From: Eubacterium sp.
GTDB lineage: Bacteria; Bacillota; Clostridia; Lachnospirales; Lachnospiraceae
Direction: 5' to 3'
DNA length: 64,000 nt
NCBI GenBank assembly: GCA_024684035.1
Contig: JAIKXQ010000059.1
Span: 12,232-76,231 of the forward strand
Shown here: one piece after another, positions 26,734 through 36,927 of the stretch
Layout of the letters: each line of letters opens with the position of its first letter
Position numbering within the stretch: position 1 is the first letter of the stretch
Notes under the pieces: model-generated
What the model was told of the DNA's origin: nothing
Seen by the model: the letters and a program-made list of their open reading frames with translations, nothing else
The model's database searches: none
Made by a program: the position numbers and the translations under genes

Positions 26734-28116
26734 TCATCTCTTTCTTGCAGCAGCCCGAAGAAAAGCTTCGGCGGCCGCTGGATTTGCGTAGTAATACAGA
26801 TGCGGAAAACCGGCATAAAGCGTATCCGTGGAATAACCGCAGCGCCAGGAACGGTTGCCGGTAGGTTTGACCGCCAAAAAGGCATCTCCGGGATCTCCGG
26901 ACTCGTAGTAGTGAAACTCGTGGGCTTTGATATCTCCCACATCGGCGCCGAAGAAACGGTTTTCTTTCAGAGTGACATAGCCAAAGCGGCTCAGGTGGCC
27001 GGTGAATCTGCAGGTTTCCGGAAAAATTCCCACGGCTGGGTGCTCAACGCCTTCCGGATCGATGATGCTGCGGTGCAGGTAGAGAAAACCTCCGCACTCC
27101 GCAATGGTGGGCAGCCCCGCATGTACTGCACTCCTGATTTCTGAACGCATGGTGGTGTTTCCGGACAGTTCAGCCCCATAGATTTCGGGATAGCCGCCGG
27201 ACAGGATCATGGCATCCAGACCATCGGGAAGATGTGAATCGTGAAGCGGGGAAAAAGGAAGGATCTCCGCTCCCATTTCTTTCAGCAGATCCAGATTGTC
27301 GCGGTATATGAAACAGAAGGCCTCGTCTTCTGCCACACCCACACGGATGCTTGAACCGTCCGCGTGTCTGATTGGAACATCCGGGAGAATTCTCTGGCGT
27401 ACACTCAGTCTGTCCGCACGAAGTTCCGGAGCTGTAGCGGCAAGTTCCAGAATCTTCACGAGATCTACGCTCTCTTCCATTTGTTCAGCCAGACGATCCA
27501 GTCCTGACTGAAGATCTTTGATTTCATGGGGAAGAACCAGACCCAGATGCCGGCTTTCCAGATGAAGATCATCCATAACAGGCAGGTAGCCAAGAACCGG
27601 TATGCCGATTTCTCTCTCGATCATTGCTTTCATTCGCGGATATACCATGGGTGAAACGCGGTTCAGTAGAATTCCGCGGATACTGGAGGCCTTGTCATAA
27701 TCCAGAAAGCCCCGGATCAGCGGAAGTACAGACCGGCTCATCCCACGTGCCGGAACAACAAGGATGACGGGCGTCTTCGTAGCTTCTGCCAGGTCGCTGG
27801 AACCTGCATTGGAATTCTCAAGTCCCAGGCCGTCGTAGTATCCCATGACACCTTCAAGGACAACCAGATCCGATGCTTTTGAGTTTTTTGCAAGCAGCGC
27901 CCGGGTAAGGGACGGCGGCGTGAAGAAGGTATCCAGATTCCGTCCGGGCACATCAATCACCTTTGTGTGAAACATGGGATCGATAAAGTCGGGACCGCAT
28001 TTCATCGAGACAGGGTGAAGCCCCTTCTTTTTCAAAAGATGCAGGAGTCCGCAGGTGACGGTCGTTTTTCCGCTCCCGCTCGAGGGAGCCGCAATCATGA
28101 TCCGGTTGCGTTTCAT
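26734..28116 (-). CDS. cbiA: Cobyrinate a,c-diamide synthase (CbiA/CobB)
   Basis: SGSGKTT, KCGPDFIDP, EGVMGYYDG, GGYPE, AECGGFLYL, HEFHY. Confidence 0.95.
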   Translation of the reverse strand: MKRNRIMIAAPSSGSGKTTVTCGLLHLLKKKGLHPVSMKCGPDFIDPMFHTKVIDVPGRNLDTFFTPPSLTRALLAKNSKASDLVVLEGVMGYYDGLGLENSNAGSSDLAEATKTPVILVVPARGMSRSVLPLIRGFLDYDKASSIRGILLNRVSPMVYPRMKAMIEREIGIPVLGYLPVMDDLHLESRHLGLVLPHEIKDLQSGLDRLAEQMEESVDLVKILELAATAPELRADRLSVRQRILPDVPIRHADGSSIRVGVAEDEAFCFIYRDNLDLLKEMGAEILPFSPLHDSHLPDGLDAMILSGGYPEIYGAELSGNTTMRSEIRSAVHAGLPTIAECGGFLYLHRSIIDPEGVEHPAVGIFPETCRFTGHLSRFGYVTLKENRFFGADVGDIKAHEFHYYESGDPGDAFLAVKPTGNRSWRCGYSTDTLYAGFPHLYYYANPAAAEAFLRAAARKR

Positions 28117-28156
28117 AGCTTATGATCTCCTTCATTCATGAACTCAGCAAATGTAA

Positions 28157-28196
28157 GAACAAAGTCAGCAAGCGGACAAAAGGCGCGCGAGCAGAA
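28157..28196 (-). repeat. Family 2 copy 3, an internally collapsed version
   Basis: Reverse complement TTCTGCTCGCGCGCCTTTTGTCCGCTTGCTGACTTTGTTC joins both ends of the 1909-1997 element. Confidence 0.7.
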
Positions 28197-28217
28197 CCGT
28201 TCTTCATAAAATGGTGA

Positions 28218-29420
28218 TCATCCGGGATTTCCTGTGGCGGAAATAACATAGACGGGATTGTGGGCAGTCATCATGTGATAAGAGGCCACAGATCTGCTTT
28301 TCGCTACATTTACACTGGCAATATCCACCTCTCTGAAGGGAAGTTCCCGAAGGGCGGCCAGAGCTTCTGTCAATGTTTCCAGTGTGATGGCATTGATGAC
28401 GATGCGGATGCCCGGATTTTTGTCCAGAAGAAGCCGGAGAATTTCACGGAGCTCTCCGCTGCTTCCTCCGATAAACGCGTGTGTAGGTACGGGAAGATCC
28501 GCAAGCGCTCCGGGTGCTGTTCCCCGTATGATTTCCATATTTGCAGCGCAGAAATGCTGACGGTTCTTCTGCAGGAGTTCAACAGCTGCATCCTTCTTCT
28601 CAATGGAGAATACTCTTCCGCCGCTGTCCAGCCGAGCGGCCTCTATGGAAACGGAGCCGGTGCCGGCCCCGATATCATAGAGAACGAAGCCTTTCGTCAG
28701 GCGCAGCTTGCAGAGGGAAATTTCGCGAACCTCTTCCTTTGTCATTGGAACATCGCCATGGATGAAGGCATCATCCGGAATTCCGTGGGCGACGGTACAC
28801 TCCGGGGAGGGATTCTCCAAAAGGATTACACTCAATGGATGATTTTCATAGGACAAAAAATCCTCTACACTTCCGCGTGTGATACTTTCCTCCGGATAAC
28901 CCAGCTGTTCACCGACCGTGATCCTGATGTGCGTCATACCGAAAGACAGGAGTTCTTCCGCAATCCGGCATACAGCATCCCCGGTTCCGAGAATCGAGAA
29001 AACCCGGTGGTGTGTGCGGAGCTCACCCACAAGGTTGAGGTTTTTGCCGTGCATACTTGTCACACGGATATCGTCCCAGGAGGTGCCAAGGCGCGCACAG
29101 AACATGGATAGGGAACTGATCCCGGGGATAATCTTCGTATCCACGGGCAGCAGAGGAAGAAGTTTCTTCGCCCCGCTGAAAAAACCGGTGTCGCCGGACA
29201 TCAGAATCGCAATTTTAGCTGCCGACGGATGATTTTCGATACATTCCAGAATCCGTTCCGGCAGATAGGCACAAAAACAATCCTGTCCCTCACCGGCCAC
29301 TGCCTGCAGCATGCGGGAGGCACCGATGAGCAGATCTGCTTCATCGCAAAAAGCGGCGGCCTCTTTGGTGAGGGCGCCGTTATTTCCCGGTCCGATGCCG
29401 ATCAGTGCAATTTCTCTCAT
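28218..29420 (-). CDS. cbiET: Bifunctional cobalt-precorrin-7 C5 methyltransferase / cobalt-precorrin-6B C15 methyltransferase
   Basis: IGIGPG, LMSGDTGFFSG, PMTKEEVR, DIGAGTGSVSIE; start at 29420 behind GGGAGG. Confidence 0.93.
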   Translation of the reverse strand: MREIALIGIGPGNNGALTKEAAAFCDEADLLIGASRMLQAVAGEGQDCFCAYLPERILECIENHPSAAKIAILMSGDTGFFSGAKKLLPLLPVDTKIIPGISSLSMFCARLGTSWDDIRVTSMHGKNLNLVGELRTHHRVFSILGTGDAVCRIAEELLSFGMTHIRITVGEQLGYPEESITRGSVEDFLSYENHPLSVILLENPSPECTVAHGIPDDAFIHGDVPMTKEEVREISLCKLRLTKGFVLYDIGAGTGSVSIEAARLDSGGRVFSIEKKDAAVELLQKNRQHFCAANMEIIRGTAPGALADLPVPTHAFIGGSSGELREILRLLLDKNPGIRIVINAITLETLTEALAALRELPFREVDIASVNVAKSRSVASYHMMTAHNPVYVISATGNPG

Positions 29421-29517
29421 AGTTGTAAACCTCCCGGTAGTTGTCAAATGAAGGACGAAATATGTTCAGGCGTTTGATGTCGGATAGTTGAAGCATAACG
29501 GAAGCATAATATTTGAT

Positions 29518-30375
29518 TCAGAAGTCTCTGACCGGAAACTCAAGATATTTTTTTATACAGGTCTCGACGGAAATACCCTCTTCGGATACCGGGCGGCTGA
29601 TGATGATCAGCGTACAGTTACAGACTGTTGCCGCAGCTTCTTTTTCCGGAAAACCGCCTTCGACGCCCGTATCCTTGGTTACCAGGTAGGATGCCTGACA
29701 GTGACGGATCATAGCCTCATTCAGATCCCGGGAAAAAGGTCCCTGCATACAGATCAGATGTTTTCCCTCAAATCCCAGTTCGCTGCACTTCTGCACGACC
29801 GAAGGCAGGGAAAGAACCCTGGCAAAGAGTCTGGTCCGGTAATCGGTGATGGATGTGTAGGCTTCCAGCTCCTTGCTGCCTGTCGTCACGAAAACGTTCC
29901 CCTTCGTCTGGTTCAGATAGGACGCAGCCGAGGGAATATCCGGAAATACAAGGCGGGAAGCTCGCGTTTCATCTGCCGTCGTTTCTGTACCTGATCCGGA
30001 ATTTACCAGAGGTGAATCGGAAAGACCGGAAAGTCCCTTTCGAAGAACGCGGATGTATTTCCTCTCACAGACTTCGCAGGCAGAGCGGATATTCTCCGTC
30101 GCAGCCGCCGCGTAGGGGTGGGTGGCGTCGATGATTAAGGCACCGGGGACAGATTCTGAGCGGAGCATCGTCTCGATGTCAGCCTGATCCAGTCGACCGC
30201 TTCGAATCTCAATCGTATTCATTTCCGATTCATCAGTTAATCCGGCAGAGTCAAGAAGAAGCTGCTTCCCGTAGGAAGTGGCGGTAAGTATCAGAGACTT
30301 GAAAGCAGTTTGCCGCAGATGATCCGCAATACGGTGCCCCTCACTTGTTCCGGCAAAAAGGATGATCTCAAACAT
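29518..30375 (-). CDS. cbiJ: Cobalt-precorrin-6A reductase (CbiJ/CobK)
   Basis: LFAGTSEG, IDATHPYA, TTGSKEL, ARVL, MQGPFS, VTKDTG. Confidence 0.93.
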   Translation of the reverse strand: MFEIILFAGTSEGHRIADHLRQTAFKSLILTATSYGKQLLLDSAGLTDESEMNTIEIRSGRLDQADIETMLRSESVPGALIIDATHPYAAAATENIRSACEVCERKYIRVLRKGLSGLSDSPLVNSGSGTETTADETRASRLVFPDIPSAASYLNQTKGNVFVTTGSKELEAYTSITDYRTRLFARVLSLPSVVQKCSELGFEGKHLICMQGPFSRDLNEAMIRHCQASYLVTKDTGVEGGFPEKEAAATVCNCTLIIISRPVSEEGISVETCIKKYLEFPVRDF

Positions 30376-31099
30376 CGCGGTAGCCTCTGGGCGTCACCAT
30401 GTAGTTCTGGATTTCTTTCGTCTGGGAGTTTCCGATAAAGACGGTGGTGAACATATTCACCGGTGTGTCCCTGAGTTCTCGTAAGGTCAAAACCTTCTTC
30501 GTCTCACCCTCACGGCCGATGTTCTCCACGATGCCGCAGATGGTGGATGGATCTCTGTAGCGAAGCAGTATGTCGCAGGCCTTCTGCAGATAATCCGCTC
30601 TCTTCCTGCTGGAAGGATTGTAGAGGACGACGACGAAATCCGCCTCTCCCGCTGCTTCCAGACGCTTTTGAATTTTTTCGATGGGTGTCAGGAGATCTGA
30701 CAGGGAAATCAGACAGAAATCATGAATGAGCGGTGCTCCCAGAATGGCTGCACCCCCAAGTGCTGCCGTTACGCCTGGAATGATGTTCAGTTCCACTTGC
30801 GGATAATCTTCCCCGATCTGATACATGAGACCGGACATCCCGTATACTCCTGCGTCGCCGCTGCAGACAAGAGAGACATTCTTTCCTTTTTCGGCTTCTT
30901 CAAAAGCCATACGGCAGCGGTCAACCTCTTTTGTCATAGGGGTTGTAAGAAACTCCTTGTCCGCCAGATGATCCCGAAGAAGGTCGACATACACGGTGTA
31001 GCCGATGATGGTATCGCTTTCCTCCAGCGCCTTTGCGGCCTCGATCGTCATCTTGTCCCAGGCTCCGGGGCCCATGCCTACTACGTTAATTCTTTTCAA
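30368..31099 (-). CDS. cbiH: Cobalt-precorrin-3B C17-methyltransferase (CbiH/CobJ)
   Basis: VVGMGPG, CSGDAGVYGM, SLSDLLTP, LYNPSS, TPRGY. Confidence 0.95.
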   Translation of the reverse strand: MKRINVVGMGPGAWDKMTIEAAKALEESDTIIGYTVYVDLLRDHLADKEFLTTPMTKEVDRCRMAFEEAEKGKNVSLVCSGDAGVYGMSGLMYQIGEDYPQVELNIIPGVTAALGGAAILGAPLIHDFCLISLSDLLTPIEKIQKRLEAAGEADFVVVLYNPSSRKRADYLQKACDILLRYRDPSTICGIVENIGREGETKKVLTLRELRDTPVNMFTTVFIGNSQTKEIQNYMVTPRGYRDV

Positions 31100-31116
31100 T
31101 GTTTGATCCTGCTTTC

Positions 31117-32217
31117 TTAAAAACGGATGGTTGACTTTGTCAATACAGCGGCAAGGGTTACGCCATCACGGCTTGTTTTGCGGATGACGAGATTATTTCC
31201 ACCGGCGAGAACCGCGGCGCGTTCACAGACGTTATCTACGCCGAGAATCTGCTGTACAAAACCGGAGGCTGTGTAATCTCCTTCGGCTTTCGCCAGTTCG
31301 TCTGCCGTATAGGTGTAAAACGGAAGAAAATGTGTGTCACAGAACCGGAGAAGTCCCGGTTCGTCTTTCTTTAGGTCAACGGAGGCAACCGCCGCGATGG
31401 CCTCCGGATACAGGCTGTATTCCCGCAGGGTATCCGCCACCAGTTTTTCGATGACGGCGGCGCTGGTTCCTTTTTTACAGCCGATGCCGAGAACCAGACA
31501 CTTGGGGATCAGCCAGAGGGTGTGGTCAAAATAGGCGCGGTTATAGGACGGACTGATATAGATTCCAAGGGATGTTCCCTCCGCCTCATTTTCCGCTCTC
31601 GCAAGGCGCGCCTCCTCGAGTTTATCCGACCAGAAGACACCATCGGGGAGATCGCCCTCCACCGGGAAATGCGTGTAGAAACCCACAGGTTCTCCCGCCA
31701 GGAGTGCCGCGGATACTTCCTTGGCATAAGTCATGTTTGAGATGATCATATTGTTCTCCGTGGCATACACATCCACAGCAAAGCGGTGACTGACGTCGGT
31801 GGCTGTGGTAATGACTGGAGTACTTCCCATCCGCTCCGACAGTTCTGTGACAAGGGCGTTGGCTCCGCCGATATGACCGGATAAAAGGGAAATGCAGAAT
31901 TTTCCTTTCTCGTCGATAACAAGAACGGCCGGATCCGTTCGCTTATCCCTCACAAAGGGGGCAATGGAACGGACAGCTATTCCTGCTGCCCCGATAAAAA
32001 TCATGACATCACATTCCTGAAAACGGGCACCTGCCCATTCCTGTACCGGCTCTTTCACGTCAAGAATCGGAGAGTCTTCCTCTCCATCCAGATATTTGCC
32101 CTTTCCGTACCACTGCTGTTCTACCTTGTCACTGTTGTAGAAATCATCAAGAATGCGACGAACGTCAAGGGCTATTTTCTTTCCTTCTGTTGTAAAACAA
32201 ATACCTGCTAGTTTCAT
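31117..32217 (-). CDS. cbiG: Cobalt-precorrin-5A hydrolase
   Basis: IGAAGIAVR, KRTDPAVLVIDE, LLSGHIGGAN, ITTATD, GIGCKKG, VCERAA. Confidence 0.93.
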   Translation of the reverse strand: MKLAGICFTTEGKKIALDVRRILDDFYNSDKVEQQWYGKGKYLDGEEDSPILDVKEPVQEWAGARFQECDVMIFIGAAGIAVRSIAPFVRDKRTDPAVLVIDEKGKFCISLLSGHIGGANALVTELSERMGSTPVITTATDVSHRFAVDVYATENNMIISNMTYAKEVSAALLAGEPVGFYTHFPVEGDLPDGVFWSDKLEEARLARAENEAEGTSLGIYISPSYNRAYFDHTLWLIPKCLVLGIGCKKGTSAAVIEKLVADTLREYSLYPEAIAAVASVDLKKDEPGLLRFCDTHFLPFYTYTADELAKAEGDYTASGFVQQILGVDNVCERAAVLAGGNNLVIRKTSRDGVTLAAVLTKSTIRF

Positions 32218-32978
32218 TTTTTATCTGTCCCCATTCTGAATTCTGTAGTAAATCCCGGGTCATAGAGCTTAGAGCGGTCGTAATGTGAATGGGTCACGAT
32301 ATCACCTACAATGATCAATGCGGTTTTGGTGATGTGATGCTGTTCCGCTGTCTGCGCAAGATCTGAGACTGTGCAAATATATTTCTCCTCGTCCGGCCAG
32401 GTCGCCTTGTAGACAATTGCGGCGGGAGTATCCGGAGCACAGCCGCCGCTGATGAGACGACGGCTGAGTTCCGGCAACATTCCTGTGCTGAGAAAAAGAA
32501 CCATGGTTGCCCCGTGTGTCGCCAATGCCTCGATGGATTCTTTTTCGGGAACGGGCGTCCGACCGGCCATACGGGTGACGATGACGGTCTGTGATACATC
32601 CGGGAGTGTATACTCCAGATTCAAAGCCGAGGCCGCGCCGCAAAGAGAACTGACTCCCGGTGTGTAGTCGTAAGGAATTTCACTTTCATCCAGAAGATCC
32701 ATCTGCTCCCGGATTGCCCCGTAGAAACAGGGATCGCCGGTATGAAGACGGACGGTGGTGAGGCCTTGTTCTTCCGCTTCTCTCATTACACGGATCACTT
32801 CTTCCAGTGTCATCTTCGCGGAATCATGGATGGTACAGGATTCCTTTGTCATCCGGAGAAGTTCGGGATTCACCAGGGAGCCTGCATAAATCACGACGTC
32901 AGCTTCTTTCAGATATTCCGCGCCACGAAGAGTGATCAGATCCGGCGCTCCGGATCCTGCTCCGACAAAGTGAATCAT
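32214..32978 (-). CDS. cbiF: Cobalt-precorrin-4 C11-methyltransferase (CbiF/CobM)
   Basis: FVGAGSGAPDLIT, YAGSLVN, RLHTGDP..YGA, SKLYDP.F. Confidence 0.95.
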   Translation of the reverse strand: MIHFVGAGSGAPDLITLRGAEYLKEADVVIYAGSLVNPELLRMTKESCTIHDSAKMTLEEVIRVMREAEEQGLTTVRLHTGDPCFYGAIREQMDLLDESEIPYDYTPGVSSLCGAASALNLEYTLPDVSQTVIVTRMAGRTPVPEKESIEALATHGATMVLFLSTGMLPELSRRLISGGCAPDTPAAIVYKATWPDEEKYICTVSDLAQTAEQHHITKTALIIVGDIVTHSHYDRSKLYDPGFTTEFRMGTDKK

Positions 32979-33679
32979 AGCTGTTCCTCTTTTCTTTTAA
33001 TAATCGCAAGTGTAAAATAACCGGTCCGTTCATCGATCTGCCGCCGGTCATAATAAATCCGCTGTTCCGGTAATCCGCAATTTTCCACGATGCAAACGGA
33101 ATCCTGTTCATTCATCTGATCGAGGACTGCGGCAAGTTTCTTTCCGGATTTCATGAGCACACGGGTGCCCGAAAGGCTGCTGACAAGGCCGTCGTCGCAG
33201 CTGCCCGCGAGTATGTGAATCGTCTCGTCGTTTTCTGCAAGAGAAAGTCCGGCTTCTGCAGCGGCTGCACAGAAGGAGGGTACGCCGTTGATGATCACAG
33301 CCTCTCTTCCGCTGTTCCGGATCATTTTGTGAAGATAGAGATAGGTGGAATAGACCGTTGGATCTCCGAGCGTCAGGAAGGCTACATCCTGTCCCGCATC
33401 CAGGTGCGCATTGATGGCCTTTGCTGCACTCGTATGCGCTTCCGCCAGTCTGACTGGATCTTTTGTCATTGGAAAATCCAGAGGAAGAAGGACTTTTTTT
33501 GAAAGTTCCGGACAGATTTGAACCGCTATCCGGTAAGCCATTGTTTCTTCGGCAGGATTGCCGGGAAGCGCGACGACTTCGGCTTCCCTGATACGGTTCA
33601 ACGCTTTCAGTGTCATCAGTTCCGGGTCTCCGGGACCTACGCCGATCCCATAGAGGGTGCCTCTTTGTTTATTGATCAT
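32975..33679 (-). CDS. cbiL: Cobalt-precorrin-2 C20-methyltransferase (CbiL/CobI)
   Basis: LYGIGVGPGDPELMTLKA, FPMTKD, TLGDPTVYSTY. Confidence 0.93.
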   Translation of the reverse strand: MINKQRGTLYGIGVGPGDPELMTLKALNRIREAEVVALPGNPAEETMAYRIAVQICPELSKKVLLPLDFPMTKDPVRLAEAHTSAAKAINAHLDAGQDVAFLTLGDPTVYSTYLYLHKMIRNSGREAVIINGVPSFCAAAAEAGLSLAENDETIHILAGSCDDGLVSSLSGTRVLMKSGKKLAAVLDQMNEQDSVCIVENCGLPEQRIYYDRRQIDERTGYFTLAIIKRKEEQL

Positions 33680-34892
33680 AATTGCTCCCTGCGCGTTTGC
33701 TCTGGACAGCAAGGCGCTCTTTTAACAGATCTGTAGTTTCTGTCGCGGCCAACAGACCGTGACAGTTGGAAAAAATAATGGCTCCGATGAGGAAATCCTG
33801 ATTCCTCGCCCTCATGCGAAGATAATAATCGATCCGAGCGGCAAGGACGTCCATAACCTTCCGGAAAGCGTCTTCACCGGCGTTCTGCCTGAGAAGATCC
33901 AGAGCCTCTTCCGTGGTATTGGTATCCAGCAGTTCTCTGCAAAGATCTGCGTCGATCCCTGCGCGCAGGGCGGCCGTGCACATAAGTTCCGCACGACAGT
34001 CCGCCTCATGGGAATGTGTGTTCATGATGCCTCCGGAGACTTTAATGATTTTTCCGATGTGGGATACGATCAGCATTCCCTTGTATCCGCAGTCAATGGC
34101 CATGTCAATGGTTTCTCCCACAAAGTTGCTGAAGGTAATCATCTCATCGGTATTAAGATCCGGCATTTCCTTAGCAAAGCGTTCTCCGTAATTGCCCGGA
34201 GCAACGACGATATAGTCAGCCCCTCCCGCGTGGCGGGCGTTGAGCTCCGTTCGCGTGGTGTCAAGCAGAGCCTTGATACTCATAGGCCAGACGATTCCGC
34301 TGGTTCCGAGAATGGAGATTCCTCCCACAATTCCAAGTTTCGGATTGAAGGTCTTCTCCGCGATCTTCTCTCCTTCCGGAACCGAGATCACCACGGAGAT
34401 TCCGCCCCGGTATCCATGGGCCTTACAGCTTTCACCGACCGCTTTTCGGATCATCTCCCGGGGCACGTGGTTGATGGCTGCGTTGCCCACCGGCTGGTCA
34501 AGACCAGGCCTGGTCACACGGCCGACGCCCTTGCCGCCATCGATGACGATTTCTGTTCCACTGCAGCCGGAGACCGTCACTTCGATCAGGAGGCCGTTCG
34601 TGGCGTCGACGTCATCGCCTCCGTCCTTGCGAACGGAGCAGGTAACTGCCACAGGTTTTCCGGCCGGATCTCTCCGGATATCCGTATCTTCCACAGCCAG
34701 GCACAGATTCTTCCCCGCCGGGATATGGATCTCGACTTCATCCGGGATTTCACTTCCAAGGAGGACTTCCACAGCAGCCTTGGAGGCGGCCGCAGCAGCC
34801 GTCCCCGTCGTATATCCGCAGCGGAGCTTCTGGTGATTATGGATGACGAAACTGTCCTCAAGACCCGTCTTGCGGGCCGGGTCTGACTGCAT
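33669..34892 (-). CDS. cbiD: Cobalt-precorrin-5B C1-methyltransferase
   Basis: LRCGYTTGT, KDGGDD.DAT, GVGRVTRPGL, FNPKLGIVGGISILGTSGIV. Confidence 0.95.
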   Translation of the reverse strand: MQSDPARKTGLEDSFVIHNHQKLRCGYTTGTAAAAASKAAVEVLLGSEIPDEVEIHIPAGKNLCLAVEDTDIRRDPAGKPVAVTCSVRKDGGDDVDATNGLLIEVTVSGCSGTEIVIDGGKGVGRVTRPGLDQPVGNAAINHVPREMIRKAVGESCKAHGYRGGISVVISVPEGEKIAEKTFNPKLGIVGGISILGTSGIVWPMSIKALLDTTRTELNARHAGGADYIVVAPGNYGERFAKEMPDLNTDEMITFSNFVGETIDMAIDCGYKGMLIVSHIGKIIKVSGGIMNTHSHEADCRAELMCTAALRAGIDADLCRELLDTNTTEEALDLLRQNAGEDAFRKVMDVLAARIDYYLRMRARNQDFLIGAIIFSNCHGLLAATETTDLLKERLAVQSKRAGSNYDQ

Positions 34893-34905
34893 AAAATACT
34901 CCTCC

Positions 34906-35532
34906 TTACGAAAAAGACGTGATATTGCTCAGAGAAAAATCCTGATCTTGGCCTGGGCAGAGTTCTGCAGTGAAACCGCAGCTGTTTCCGCACTGCCATT
35001 CATAGTAATCTCTGTGTGGAAGCGCCCATCTCTCGAGAATACTCATGATGGTTCCTCCGTGGACAACAAAAAAGAGACGACCGGCCTTCTCGCGTTGTCC
35101 GATTCTGATGGCATTCAGAAAGGCGTTGCAGCAGCGAAGAGAAAAAACTTCCCTGGATTCTCCATCCGGAAAAGGAAGCGTTCCCATACTGTCGATCCAT
35201 CTCTGATAGTCCGGGGCACCGGAAAGATCTCTGTAATTCTTGTATTCAAAGCGTCCGAAGTCACACTCACGGAAGTCTTCCATGAGATACGGCGTATGCG
35301 ACGGACAAAGGATTTCCGCTGTCTGCACACAGCGTTTCATGGGACTGGAAAAAAGAAGTTCCGCTCTCTCGCATTCCTCATGAAGGATTCCGTTGCGGAG
35401 CTCTGTAAGACGTCCGGCAGCTTCCGGAAGAAGCGGCTCATCCGTGGAGCCGACGTACCGTTTCTCAAGATTTCCTGGCGTTTGTCCGTGCCGGATCAAA
35501 ACTATGTGCATGGGTTTACTTTTATTATACAT
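34906..35532 (-). CDS. cobC: Histidine phosphatase family protein, probable alpha-ribazole phosphatase (CobC-like)
   Basis: LIRHGQT, SSPMKRC.QTA, RECDFG.FE, VVHGG; cob context. Confidence 0.75.
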   Translation of the reverse strand: MYNKSKPMHIVLIRHGQTPGNLEKRYVGSTDEPLLPEAAGRLTELRNGILHEECERAELLFSSPMKRCVQTAEILCPSHTPYLMEDFRECDFGRFEYKNYRDLSGAPDYQRWIDSMGTLPFPDGESREVFSLRCCNAFLNAIRIGQREKAGRLFFVVHGGTIMSILERWALPHRDYYEWQCGNSCGFTAELCPGQDQDFSLSNITSFS

Positions 35533-35770
35533 GATTTCTGGCCTTTTTTGCAGTGGGAGGTTATTTATTCGCGAAAATTATTCGGATCTCTGTCACTCAA
35601 GGTAAACATTTTGTTTAAGAACACTAGGAATATAATGTCGAAAGCGCGCGCTGGGACAGAGCATAAGTATTTGCTTGGATGTTCAAATATCACTCTTGGT
35701 GATGCGTATTTGATTATCAGTAGTATAAACAACGTTTTGCTTATGTTGAAACGTTCCTGTGTCAGAAGAA

Positions 35771-36154
35771 TTATTTTTTTAGAAACGTCCCGATTCCGCA
35801 GTTGACGCGTACAACCTCATCCGAAAAGGCGGCCAGTTTTGTGCAGATCTGTCCCACGTACTCGCGGTATCGGCGATCGAAGGGATCCATGGGTACCAGG
35901 CCGCAACCTACTTCGTCGCTCACTAGAATCAGTTCCGGGTTTCTATCGATCAGGCCAGCGCACAGATCTTCGGGTGATAGTCTGTCCAGAATGTATCTGC
36001 GTATGTAGGAGTGAAAATTACGAATTGCGGTACAGCTGTAGATTTCTTCCATGCTGCAGGTTGCTCCGTCGGTCCAGTCTGCGGACGCGATCCGGTATTT
36101 TTGTTCTGCATAAGCGGTTTTTCCCTGATAGGCGCCGCCGATGATCATTTTCAT
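35771..36154 (-). CDS. Short CobU/CobP paralog
   Basis: IIGGAYQGKT P-loop and SDEVGCGLVP.D..R.YR..VG; start overlaps the cobS stop (ATGA). Confidence 0.82.
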   Translation of the reverse strand: MKMIIGGAYQGKTAYAEQKYRIASADWTDGATCSMEEIYSCTAIRNFHSYIRRYILDRLSPEDLCAGLIDRNPELILVSDEVGCGLVPMDPFDRRYREYVGQICTKLAAFSDEVVRVNCGIGTFLKK

Positions 36155-36927
36155 AAAAACAGCCTCACGATCTTGCTTCCGAGAACTACGCTGAGAAGCA
36201 TGTATAGTTCGCAGTTGCACACAAAGTAACCGGCAAGGTCACCGGTCATTCCGCCGAAGTATTTCATGCAGATATGGTGATAGTAGTGAACGGATACCAG
36301 TGCAGCGAAAACCATGAGAACTCCGGTGGTGAGATCCAGAATGAAGGCGCATACAATAAGTACCACAAATAAGAAAAAAAGAACCTCACGCACGACGTTC
36401 CGGCTTGCACGGGTAGAGAACTCTGCTGCACTTCCCCCGGGATTGGCGCTCGGGAAGGTAACGACGGATATGCCTGAGAGGCAGCGCGAGATTGCGAAGC
36501 CAAGACAAAGGGAAGGAAGGGCGTGTCGGTACAGTTCAGTTGCTGAGCCATAGGCGAGGAGCAAATATACTGCTGACCGGATCACGGCAAAGGCTCCCAC
36601 ATTGGAGTCTTTCAGAATGCGAAGTCTCTCTTCCTGCGGCCTCCAGGAAGAAAGGGCGTCGGAGGTGTCCATGAAACCGTCGAAGTGAATACCTCCGGTG
36701 AGAATCAATGGGATCGCCACCACACCTGCCGCAAACATGGTGGATCCGATATTCAGAATGCTGCAGAGAGTGTACCACAGATACTCAAAGAGACCGATGA
36801 CAAGTCCGATCAACGGAAAAAAACAAAGGGCATAGCGCATGCTTTCGTCATTCCAGACAAACTGCGGCATGGGAATGCGTGAGTACATGGAAAAGGCAAC
36901 TGCTGCGTTCTTCAGTATTCGCTTCAT
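36151..36927 (-). CDS. cobS: Adenosylcobinamide-GDP ribazoletransferase
   Basis: FSMYSRIP, TGGIHFDGFMDTSDAL, ILKDSNVGAF, FGGMTGDLAG. Confidence 0.95.
   Translation of the reverse strand: MKRILKNAAVAFSMYSRIPMPQFVWNDESMRYALCFFPLIGLVIGLFEYLWYTLCSILNIGSTMFAAGVVAIPLILTGGIHFDGFMDTSDALSSWRPQEERLRILKDSNVGAFAVIRSAVYLLLAYGSATELYRHALPSLCLGFAISRCLSGISVVTFPSANPGGSAAEFSTRASRNVVREVLFFLFVVLIVCAFILDLTTGVLMVFAALVSVHYYHHICMKYFGGMTGDLAGYFVCNCELYMLLSVVLGSKIVRLFL

Noticed and set aside
34843-35805. 320-aa + strand ORF crossing cobC and the AT-rich gap
   Set aside because: Antisense shadow of cobC with no SD or domain signature
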